Assembly (NCBI GenBank): GCA_024276825.1
Contig: JAJRWI010000032.1
Span: 1-10,999 of the forward strand
Reading direction: 5' to 3'
From: an archaeon
Lineage (GTDB): Archaea; Asgardarchaeota; Thorarchaeia; Thorarchaeales; Thorarchaeaceae
DNA length: 10,999 bases
This document shows, piece by piece, positions 1 through 6,897 of this stretch. Numbering within the stretch: position 1 is the first letter of the stretch; each line of letters begins with the position of its first letter. Position numbers and translations under genes: made by a program. Under the pieces are notes generated by a model, which saw nothing but the letters and a program-made list of their open reading frames with translations, searched no databases and had not been told where the DNA came from.

Positions 1-2
1 AG

Positions 3-1406
3 TCCGATTTGAGAGTTTTATCGAGGTGGAAGAGTAAATTGGATGAGATTGATTTGGACAATGATCCTAAACTCGAGCAACTTCAAGAAGTACTCATCCA
101 AATTTGCGATAACGCAGAAAAGGATGGGATCAATGATGAAGACACAAGGAAAAAGCGAAAAGTAATCATTTTTTCATATTTTGAAGATACGGTTGATCAT
201 ATCCTCGAATATTTGAATAGAATCACTGATACTCACGAAATTCTTTCATGTTATAAAAATCGAATTGCTGGAGCTACTGGGAGTGATTCAAAAAATGGAA
301 TACCAAGAAACAAGGCTGTAATGGGTTTTGCTCCAGAATCAACAGAAGCACCCAGTGATATTCAAGATTCATTTGATATTCTTGTAGCAACAGATGTTCT
401 AGCGCAAGGAGTGAATCTGCAAGACTGCAGGAATATCATAAACTATGATTTGCCATGGAATCCAATGAGGGTGGTGCAACGCAATGGGAGAATTGACAGA
501 ATTGGATCTCCACATAGGAGTGTATTCACTTTCACTTTCTTCCCAGAGGACAGAATTGATGACTTGTTGGAATTGGAGCATAGAGTCATGAGAAAATTAG
601 CTCAAGCAGCTAAGACAATCGGATTAGAGAATGAAATATTTCCAGATATTGAGAGAATTGAACAAAATTTCGCGGACAAGAGGGAAGACATAGAACGACT
701 TCGCCAAGAAGATCCTTCATTACTGGAGCAAGGGGGAACAGAAGCTGCTTCATTCACTGGGGAAGAATATCGACAAGAATTGAGAAAGGGTTTACAAGAA
801 TATTATGAAAAAGTAAAATCGCTTCCATGGGGAGCTGGTTCGGGATTAATTGGAGATGAAAATGGCATTTTCTTTTGTGCCAGGGTTGCGGAGAATGCCT
901 TTTTCAGATTCATCAGGTATCCCCATTTTGAAGTAATTAGAGATACTTTGACTTGTTTTCGATTAATTCAATGCACAGATTCAACAAATAGAGTTATCTC
1001 AAGTAAGCTGAAGGATTCAATATATGATGCATGGAGTATTGCAAGAAGAGATATTTTCAACGAATGGCAACGTCAAACAGATCCAAGGAATATTGAACCG
1101 CAGATTCGCCCCTTGTTTTTACATGTTGCTGAACATATCCGACAGAACCCCCTCAAAACGATGACCCAAGAAGAACTCGAAATTAAGATAGAGGCTATTG
1201 AGGCACCTTGGGGACGGAGATTTGAGAACGAACTTCGTAAAATATACCAAATGGAAATTGATCCTATAGAAAAAACAAAAAGGCTTTTAGAGAAAGTGGA
1301 CGAATTGGGACTTCAACCCTTTTCACCACCAGAACCATTTCCTCCAATAGAAGAACATGAAATAAAATTGGTTTGCTGGTTAATGGTTTCAAAGGAGGAA
1401 TCATAA
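3..1406 (+). CDS. SF2 (SNF2-like) helicase-related protein: Helicase_C domain plus C-terminal extension; 5'-truncated by the window edge
   Basis: Motif IV KVIIFSYFEDTV, motif V ILVATDVLAQGVNLQ, INYDLPWNPMR and motif VI QRNGRIDRIGS are present. The frame is open back to position 3 and no Walker A or DExx motif is in the window, so the TTG at 9 is unlikely to be the true start. Ends TAA TAA. Confidence 0.9.
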   Translation, partial: SDLRVLSRWKSKLDEIDLDNDPKLEQLQEVLIQICDNAEKDGINDEDTRKKRKVIIFSYFEDTVDHILEYLNRITDTHEILSCYKNRIAGATGSDSKNGIPRNKAVMGFAPESTEAPSDIQDSFDILVATDVLAQGVNLQDCRNIINYDLPWNPMRVVQRNGRIDRIGSPHRSVFTFTFFPEDRIDDLLELEHRVMRKLAQAAKTIGLENEIFPDIERIEQNFADKREDIERLRQEDPSLLEQGGTEAASFTGEEYRQELRKGLQEYYEKVKSLPWGAGSGLIGDENGIFFCARVAENAFFRFIRYPHFEVIRDTLTCFRLIQCTDSTNRVISSKLKDSIYDAWSIARRDIFNEWQRQTDPRNIEPQIRPLFLHVAEHIRQNPLKTMTQEELEIKIEAIEAPWGRRFENELRKIYQMEIDPIEKTKRLLEKVDELGLQPFSPPEPFPPIEEHEIKLVCWLMVSKEES

Positions 1407-1432
1407 TAACTAGCATGTCTTCGGGAATGGTT

Positions 1433-1531
1433 CACTCTCAATTTGTCAATAATTTCATGGAGATTAAAAGGAGTGTTTGAATCAATTAGAGAATATTGAT
1501 TTGTACCAGTCTTTTCTTGAAATTGAGAGTG
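1433..1531. repeat. 12-bp perfect inverted repeat, CACTCTCAATTT (1433-1444) / AAATTGAGAGTG (1520-1531), 75-nt spacer
   Basis: Read directly; the arms are exact reverse complements. Function unknown. Confidence 0.8.
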
Positions 1532-1551
1532 CAAGGTTCAACTAATTGATT
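1480..1551. repeat. 10-bp perfect inverted repeat, AATCAATTAG (1480-1489) / CTAATTGATT (1542-1551)
   Basis: Read directly. It is AT-rich, so chance occurrence is possible. Confidence 0.6.
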
Positions 1552-1642
1552 TGCAAATAATTACCATCAATATCAAGCACTTGAAAAAGATTGAATGTAT
1601 TTTTCTATTCGAAAGTGCAAATGAACAATCACTTGCGCCTTA

Positions 1643-1657
1643 CGAAGCATTTATTCA
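1643..1657 (+). promoter_or_regulatory. Putative archaeal BRE/TATA promoter (cgaagca-TTTATTCA) for the 1691 gene
   Basis: TATA-like box at 1650-1657, 33 nt upstream of the ATG at 1691, with a purine-containing BRE-like segment before it. Confidence 0.35.
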
Positions 1658-1690
1658 CAGACGTGACATGAGAAAGTCAGTGCATCAACG

Positions 1691-2230
1691 ATGGACGAAG
1701 AGCAGTATAGAGTAGAAGACAAGGAAGAAGAAGACACGGATTCAGTGTTTCTTAGGCCTCTACCAACTGCGGAGGCTCATCAAGAAGTAGCCATAGTGAA
1801 AGGCAAGAAGGTGCCCATCGTAAACTTCCTTGGGATGAGAGTGAGAGAAGACCGAAGAGATCTAATCGTAGTGCTTCTTATGCCTATGCTAGTTGGAATA
1901 GTTGATGCAACGATATTCTCAGCAATTGCCATCATGCAATTGCCTGACAGTGCAACCTACATGTTCTTCATTCCAGCGTTGATTGCAATACCAATAGGCC
2001 TGACTGTTCCACATGCTGGAAGGGCATTAATCGGTGCAATATTAGCAACGGCATTCTTTGCACTCTTCTTTAACCTGTTCCTGATCAGTCCAGCATTCAT
2101 CTCATCATCGTTTGACATTGGAAGTTTCATCTTTAGCGGGTTAGTGATCACATCAGTCTATATCCTGTTTGTGTCGCTGGCATCACTTCTTGGCACACTG
2201 GGCGGTCTTGCAATTCGAGAGTTCTTTTAG
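1691..2230 (+). CDS. Hypothetical integral membrane protein (acidic soluble N-terminus plus about 4 TM helices)
   Basis: 179-aa ORF. Residues ~1-57 are charged (DEEQYRVEDKEEEDTD), followed by four hydrophobic stretches; ends REFF. Confidence 0.85.
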   Translation: MDEEQYRVEDKEEEDTDSVFLRPLPTAEAHQEVAIVKGKKVPIVNFLGMRVREDRRDLIVVLLMPMLVGIVDATIFSAIAIMQLPDSATYMFFIPALIAIPIGLTVPHAGRALIGAILATAFFALFFNLFLISPAFISSSFDIGSFIFSGLVITSVYILFVSLASLLGTLGGLAIREFF

Positions 2231-2246
2231 TCATTGTCGCACTCGC

Positions 2247-2263
2247 ACCGCGGTTTCTTAATA
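2247..2263 (+). promoter_or_regulatory. Putative TATA box (CTTAATAT, 2256-2263) preceded by the palindrome ACCGCGGT (2247-2254)
   Basis: TATA-like element in the intergenic region upstream of the PRC-barrel gene. Confidence 0.3.
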
Positions 2264-2345
2264 TGGGTGAATGTTACAGTCGAAGTGTCTTGGTTTTACA
2301 CAATGCTATCAATAAATGGGCATATTGTTGATTCGGCGAGCCCAT

Positions 2346-2585
2346 ATGGAAGACAAGAAACTGAAATGGTTGCTAAAGAACAAACTGGTCTGTGATTTCA
2401 GGGGATTTCCCATTGGAACCGTCAAGAAGGTGTGGTTTGAGGATGAGAGCGGTCCTATGGTCATCGTCGAAAGACAGCCGGGACCAGAGGACAGAGATAT
2501 CGTTTCATGGGAAGCAATCCCGTTTCGCTCAATTCAGTCAGTTGATGACACTGTAAGGCTCAAGCCCCCGTCTTTTGCAGAATGA
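2346..2585 (+). CDS. Stand-alone PRC-barrel domain protein (79 aa; alternative start 2316)
   Basis: LKNKLVCDFRGFPIGTVKKVWFE...AIPFRSIQSVDDTVRL matches the PRC-barrel pattern (L.gk.V....G..IG.V.d.....IP...i..v.d.v.l). The ATG at 2346 gives a typical domain length. Confidence 0.8.
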   Translation: MEDKKLKWLLKNKLVCDFRGFPIGTVKKVWFEDESGPMVIVERQPGPEDRDIVSWEAIPFRSIQSVDDTVRLKPPSFAE

Positions 2586-2600
2586 AACATCATCATCCCC

Positions 2601-2639
2601 AGAGCTCTAGTGAATGTGCTAGAGCTCTTGATTTTATTC
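2601..2639. terminator. Perfect 10-bp hairpin AGAGCTCTAG-(8 nt)-CTAGAGCTCT between convergent genes, followed by T-rich tgattttatt
   Basis: Arms 2601-2610 and 2619-2628 are exact reverse complements and lie between the stops at 2585 (+) and 2664 (-). The terminator role is inferred from position. Confidence 0.6.
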
Positions 2640-2663
2640 GGTACTGAATATTTCATGGCCGAA

Positions 2664-3413
2664 TTATTTTATCTTTAGAAGACGTCTTGCATTCTCCTCG
2701 GTGATTATCTTACGTGTTTCAACATTGAGGTTAATAATGTTAAGAATTGCAAAGATGTCACTGTAGTCAGCATAGTGTTCTGAGCCAAATACCAAGTACA
2801 TAACTCCCGCATCTTGAATAAGTGCATCAAGAAACACTCGCAATGGTGATTCTACAAGTTTAATCAGGGTCATTGAAGTCTCAAGCCAGATATTTCCTCG
2901 ACTGAGAAGTGAGAGGATATTATAAAAACCAAATAGACCACCCATATGCGTGATAATGAATTTGCCATCGGGATATATTCGAGTTACTCTATCCAAGAAA
3001 GAAAGTGTATCGAAAGATATCTCCTTCGCATGGATGTATACTGCTAGGTCTTGCTCTATTGCCATGTTCACAATAGCAAGAACTGCAGGGTCCTGAGGGC
3101 AAAGGATGCGTTCATCCAAGACAATTGCCTTGCAGTCATTATTGGCCTTCTCCTTGATTAATGGAAGGGTGTAATCAATCGGTCGCGGGGTCACTGTATG
3201 CGCGAAGAGTAGTCGCTCAGGGTAGATTGAAGCTGCCTCATAATAAAGATCATTCAATTCAGGTGAAGGTGGAACAAGAACTGCATGCTTGATTGTGTTA
3301 TTGTCCATGTGTTCTATTAGAGTGTCAACATACCTTCCATAATTGTCGATGTTGACAGACTCATAACTAAATCGATCTGGACCAAGATGGGTGTGAATGT
3401 CGACTGACATCAT
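2664..3413 (-). CDS. Amidohydrolase family protein (Amidohydro_2-like TIM barrel); start at 3413 or 3410 is more likely than 3431
   Basis: N-terminal VDIHTH (HxH), VYIH, FIITHMGG, NIWLETS, LVFGSE and C-terminal ENARRLL. Confidence 0.85.
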   Translation of the reverse strand: MMSVDIHTHLGPDRFSYESVNIDNYGRYVDTLIEHMDNNTIKHAVLVPPSPELNDLYYEAASIYPERLLFAHTVTPRPIDYTLPLIKEKANNDCKAIVLDERILCPQDPAVLAIVNMAIEQDLAVYIHAKEISFDTLSFLDRVTRIYPDGKFIITHMGGLFGFYNILSLLSRGNIWLETSMTLIKLVESPLRVFLDALIQDAGVMYLVFGSEHYADYSDIFAILNIINLNVETRKIITEENARRLLKIK

Positions 3414-3457
3414 TCTTTCACAATTCTTCATTCACAAGATTTCCTTTTCATCTATTG

Positions 3458-3467
3458 TATTATATAT
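3458..3467. promoter_or_regulatory. Putative shared TATA element (TATTATATAT) in the divergent intergenic region
   Basis: Single TA-rich box near the middle of the short gap between the amidohydrolase and SCP2-like genes. Confidence 0.4.
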
Positions 3468-3511
3468 CATCATCTCTAAAAGGGGAAAAACTAGAGTTAC
3501 ACTGAGGAGAA

Positions 3512-4129
3512 TTGAACGAAGAAAAGCCAAGAAGCCTGAAAGTCATTTTAAAGACAATCATTCATGAGATTAATACTGACACCTACCTGTTGATGGAATA
3601 TCTTACACCAATAGTGAATGGATGTAAAGCCGCTTTTGATGTGACAGTAGAAGAGGCAGAAAAGCTACACCAACTCGACGAAGAGCAGATAAGTTCAAGA
3701 ATTCAGGCAGTTAGCGCTTCCTACTCTTCAAAATCATTCTGCTTTAAGGCCACTGACTCAGATGATGAATTCTCAATTGTTTTCTCAAGGGGATATTGCA
3801 AGCTGTATAATGAATGCACTGATGCAGATGCTGTGATTGTTGGGCCCTATGATTTGTTGGCAGACCTTATGAATCCTGATGCCAAAGTTTCGCCATTTGA
3901 AAACCTTGGCGAATCCTATGACATTCATGGCACTGATGTTCATAGTGTAGTAGAGGCCATCGGACTCCTTACATTTCCCATACTTTTGAAGATGGCACGA
4001 GATGGAATTGATCCATCATCGCTACTTGCGGAAGATGCAGATTCCGTCATAACAATGGCTGCTTCGGACATGATAACAAAGATGATTCAGAAATGGGTGG
4101 ATCTCAGACTTAAGATAAAGAAAGTTTGA
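3512..4129 (+). CDS. Hypothetical protein with a probable central SCP2 (sterol-carrier-like lipid-binding) domain
   Basis: 205-aa ORF with a TTG start and GAGGAG just upstream. SFCFKATDSDDEFSIVFSRGYCKL...DADAVIVGPYDLLADLMN...SPF..LG...IHG resembles the SCP2 strand/helix pattern. The domain call is by eye. Confidence 0.6.
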   Translation: MNEEKPRSLKVILKTIIHEINTDTYLLMEYLTPIVNGCKAAFDVTVEEAEKLHQLDEEQISSRIQAVSASYSSKSFCFKATDSDDEFSIVFSRGYCKLYNECTDADAVIVGPYDLLADLMNPDAKVSPFENLGESYDIHGTDVHSVVEAIGLLTFPILLKMARDGIDPSSLLAEDADSVITMAASDMITKMIQKWVDLRLKIKKV

Positions 4130-4135
4130 CTGTTT

Positions 4136-5281
4136 TCAAAGTCCGTGGTAGGGAAATATCTCCTCTTGAATCCTGCGAATAATTCGATCTAGATGCAGTT
4201 CTATGTCCTCATGCGGCAGGTAGCCTTGTACGACTTCATTGACATCACGAAACTCAACAGGAAAGTTTGAATATCCACGACTCTTGAGATACTCGATGAA
4301 AGAATCAGGAAGTTTCTCTGGAACATCCTGGTTGAGCATTATTGCAAGAAACAGAGTCCAAAGCCGAGCAACATTAACAGGATGATATCCCCCACCACCA
4401 AGAGCAAGCCAACCCATCTTGCAGTATTTCTCAGCAAGGTCCTTAATTCCTCTCAACACAGTTTCATAACCATAAGATGTGTATGTCAGATGGGCCAATG
4501 GGTCCAGAAAATGGCCATCGACGCCGAGCTGAGTCACAAGCAGATCTGGTTTGAATGACTTGAACAGGGGGACGGCAATCTCATCAAATGCACGAATCAA
4601 CTCAATGGAGCCAGAACCCGGGCTAAGAGGGACATTTACCGAGAAGCCCGTTCCCTCACCCGCACCCATCTCATATACCTGACCAGTGCCAGGAAATAAT
4701 GTGCGACCATCCTGATGTATGGAGATTGTTAATACTGTATTGGACTTGTAGAATGCATTCTGCACGCCATCTCCGTGATGGGCGTCAAAATCAAAGTATA
4801 GGACCCTGCAAGGGCGTGCATTTTGAATCATCATAATCGCTGCTACAATGTCATTGAATATGCAAAAGCCACTGGCCTCACTCCGCTGTGCATGATGCAA
4901 TCCGCCAGATATACAAAATGCATGAGTAGCACCCTCAATGAACCGCTTGGCGGCTACTAATGTGGCGCCGACATAACGAGCTGCGGCATCATAGATATCA
5001 GGAAAGAGTGGATTATCCATTGTGCCAAGTCCGTAGCGGTAACTGGGTGTCATGGTCTCATTACTGGACAAGACAGCATCTATGAACTCTGATGTGTGGA
5101 AGAGTTCAAGTTCATCTCTTGTGGCAAGGACTGGATCTATGACTTCAACCTCATCAAGCAGTCCGATCTCCTTCGATAGTTCGTAAGTGAATCTCAGCCT
5201 GTCGGGCTTTAGAGGATGGTCTTTCCTGAACTCGTACTTGAGCAGTTCATCAGAGTAGGGATATATCAAACGTTGTTTCAT
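4136..5281 (-). CDS. acuC: Acetoin utilization AcuC-like / class I histone deacetylase-family Zn-dependent deacetylase
   Basis: HPLKPDRL, GGLHHA, ASGFCIFND, DFDAHHGDGVQ, TISIHQ..TLFPGTG, QLGVDGHFLDPL and GGGGY are all intact. Confidence 0.93.
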   Translation of the reverse strand: MKQRLIYPYSDELLKYEFRKDHPLKPDRLRFTYELSKEIGLLDEVEVIDPVLATRDELELFHTSEFIDAVLSSNETMTPSYRYGLGTMDNPLFPDIYDAAARYVGATLVAAKRFIEGATHAFCISGGLHHAQRSEASGFCIFNDIVAAIMMIQNARPCRVLYFDFDAHHGDGVQNAFYKSNTVLTISIHQDGRTLFPGTGQVYEMGAGEGTGFSVNVPLSPGSGSIELIRAFDEIAVPLFKSFKPDLLVTQLGVDGHFLDPLAHLTYTSYGYETVLRGIKDLAEKYCKMGWLALGGGGYHPVNVARLWTLFLAIMLNQDVPEKLPDSFIEYLKSRGYSNFPVEFRDVNEVVQGYLPHEDIELHLDRIIRRIQEEIFPYHGL

Positions 5282-5333
5282 TCTGTTTCATTTTTTGCCA
5301 GAATCACGTTTAATTGTTCTGGAAACCTGTCTT

Positions 5334-6887
5334 TTAATACCACTCAATAGTAGCAGGTGGTTTGCTGGTCAGGTCATAGACCACACGATTGATGCCCTTT
5401 ACCTCATTTGCAATGCGACTTGCAGCCTTCAGTAATACATTCCAGCTCAGTCTTGAAACCGATGCAGTCATGGCATCCCGACTTTCGACCGATCGAATCA
5501 CTATCACCTGATCATAGGTCCGCTCATCACCCATGACTCCTACTGTTCGTATGGGCAAGAGAACGCAGAAGGCCTGCCAAATTGAGGAGTATGATGGATC
5601 TTCAATGATGGTTTCTTGAAGAATGGCATCGGCCTTTCTTAGAATCTCCAGTTGCTCCCTTGTGACTGGACCACCAATTCTTATTGCCAATGAAGGCCCA
5701 GGGAATGGCTGGCGTTGAAGCATGTACTCAGGGATTCCAAGAGTTTCACCGACCTGTCGCACTTCGTCCTTGTAGAGATCCTTCAACGGTTCAACCACTT
5801 TGAGCTGCATCCAGTCAGGTAGTCGTACATTATGATGACTCTTAATCACAGCAGTGGCCTTTCCAGTGGCCGCACTCTCGACCCTATCGGGATAGATTGT
5901 TCCCTGGCCGAGGAACTCAAACTTACCGTGAATGGCCTCCAATTCTCGAGCTTTCTCCTCGAAGACCTGAATGAAGGTTTCTGCGATGACCTTTCGTTTC
6001 TCCTCGGGATCTTCAATACCCTTCAGACGATCAAGGAAGAGCTCTCCTGCATCGACAGTGATAAAATGCTTGAAGCCCATTTCGTTGAAGGCGGTCTCCA
6101 CATCCTCGCGTTCACCAAGGCGCAGAAGTCCATTGTCCACAAACACACAGAATATGCGGTCCCCAATAGCCTTACGGATCAGATAGGCCGCAACTGTCGA
6201 GTCAACACCCCCACTGGTGCCCATAAGAACAAGGCCGTCACCAACAGTTTCCTTGACATATTTTACAATGCTGTCAATCTGACTTTCAGGAGTCCAGTGT
6301 TCCTTACATCTACAGATCTTCCTTAAGAACAACTCAAGGATGTGCATTCCTTTTGGAGTGTGGGCCACCTCCGGATGAAACTGGACCCCATGCAAGAAAC
6401 CGTCCTTGCTAGAAAATGCTGCAATGTGGCCATCTCGACTCTCGGCAAGGGGGACCAGGTCATCGGGTAGATTAATGACCTGATCACTATGACTCATCCA
6501 AACATTCTCGGTTTCAGAAAGGCCCTGTAGAATCCCTTCCGCTCTGATTATCTTCAAGTTAGTCATTCCATACTCGGGGTTGCCTCCAGCCTCAAGCTGG
6601 GCGCCTTTAAACTTGGCCAAAAGCTGATGTCCAAAACAGATTCCTAGGGCGGGGATCTGCAACTCTGCAAATAGTGTGATATTCTCCCTGATGGGACCCT
6701 GCAGTTCCGCTTTAGTCACGGTTCTTGGACCACCGGAGAGTATCACGCCCTTAACATTAACGAGATACTCATGACTTAGTACAGTATCTTGAGAAATGAT
6801 CTCTGAGTAAACTCCCAGTTCTCTGCACCTTCTTGAGATGAGATGTGTGTACTGTCCGCCATAGTCGATGACCAATATCTTTTCCAT
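5334..6887 (-). CDS. guaA: GMP synthase (glutamine-hydrolysing), single-chain GATase+ATPPase form, 517 aa
   Basis: ILVIDYGGQY, LGICFGHQ, QFHPEV, SGGVDS, QGTIYPD, IKSHHNV, PFPGP, VGVMGD and KPPATIEW. The ATG at 6887 lies 10 nt after the purD stop and follows GAGGG; the longer ORF from 6983 overlaps purD. Confidence 0.97.
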   Translation of the reverse strand: MEKILVIDYGGQYTHLISRRCRELGVYSEIISQDTVLSHEYLVNVKGVILSGGPRTVTKAELQGPIRENITLFAELQIPALGICFGHQLLAKFKGAQLEAGGNPEYGMTNLKIIRAEGILQGLSETENVWMSHSDQVINLPDDLVPLAESRDGHIAAFSSKDGFLHGVQFHPEVAHTPKGMHILELFLRKICRCKEHWTPESQIDSIVKYVKETVGDGLVLMGTSGGVDSTVAAYLIRKAIGDRIFCVFVDNGLLRLGEREDVETAFNEMGFKHFITVDAGELFLDRLKGIEDPEEKRKVIAETFIQVFEEKARELEAIHGKFEFLGQGTIYPDRVESAATGKATAVIKSHHNVRLPDWMQLKVVEPLKDLYKDEVRQVGETLGIPEYMLQRQPFPGPSLAIRIGGPVTREQLEILRKADAILQETIIEDPSYSSIWQAFCVLLPIRTVGVMGDERTYDQVIVIRSVESRDAMTASVSRLSWNVLLKAASRIANEVKGINRVVYDLTSKPPATIEWY

Positions 6888-6897
6888 TCTGCAACCC

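Noticed and set aside
1313-1534. 73-aa minus-strand ORF (also 399-581 and 1957-2151)
   Set aside because: They overlap better-supported genes in antisense and show no recognisable features.
1477-1545. 22-aa sORF (TTG start, MNQLENIDLYQSFLEIESARFN) after AAGGAG
   Set aside because: SD-to-start spacing is only about 3 nt, and the ORF is too short to support without conservation data.
1407-1690. tRNA/att site or CRISPR array at the putative island border
   Set aside because: No cloverleaf or T-loop motif and no regularly spaced 25-40 bp repeats are visible.
2581-2640. Possible SECIS element / Sec codon at the PRC-barrel TGA
   Set aside because: No AUGA/GA kink-turn core adjacent to the helix, and the TGA is not in a redox motif; it falls at the natural domain end.
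4112-4129. C-terminal KIKKV resembling a KxKxx COPI retrieval motif
   Set aside because: No adjacent TM helix, and Lys-rich C-termini are common in archaeal proteins.
5832-6326. 164-aa + strand ORF (also 5971-6186 and 6868-7053)
   Set aside because: Antisense shadows of guaA/purD with no recognisable motifs.
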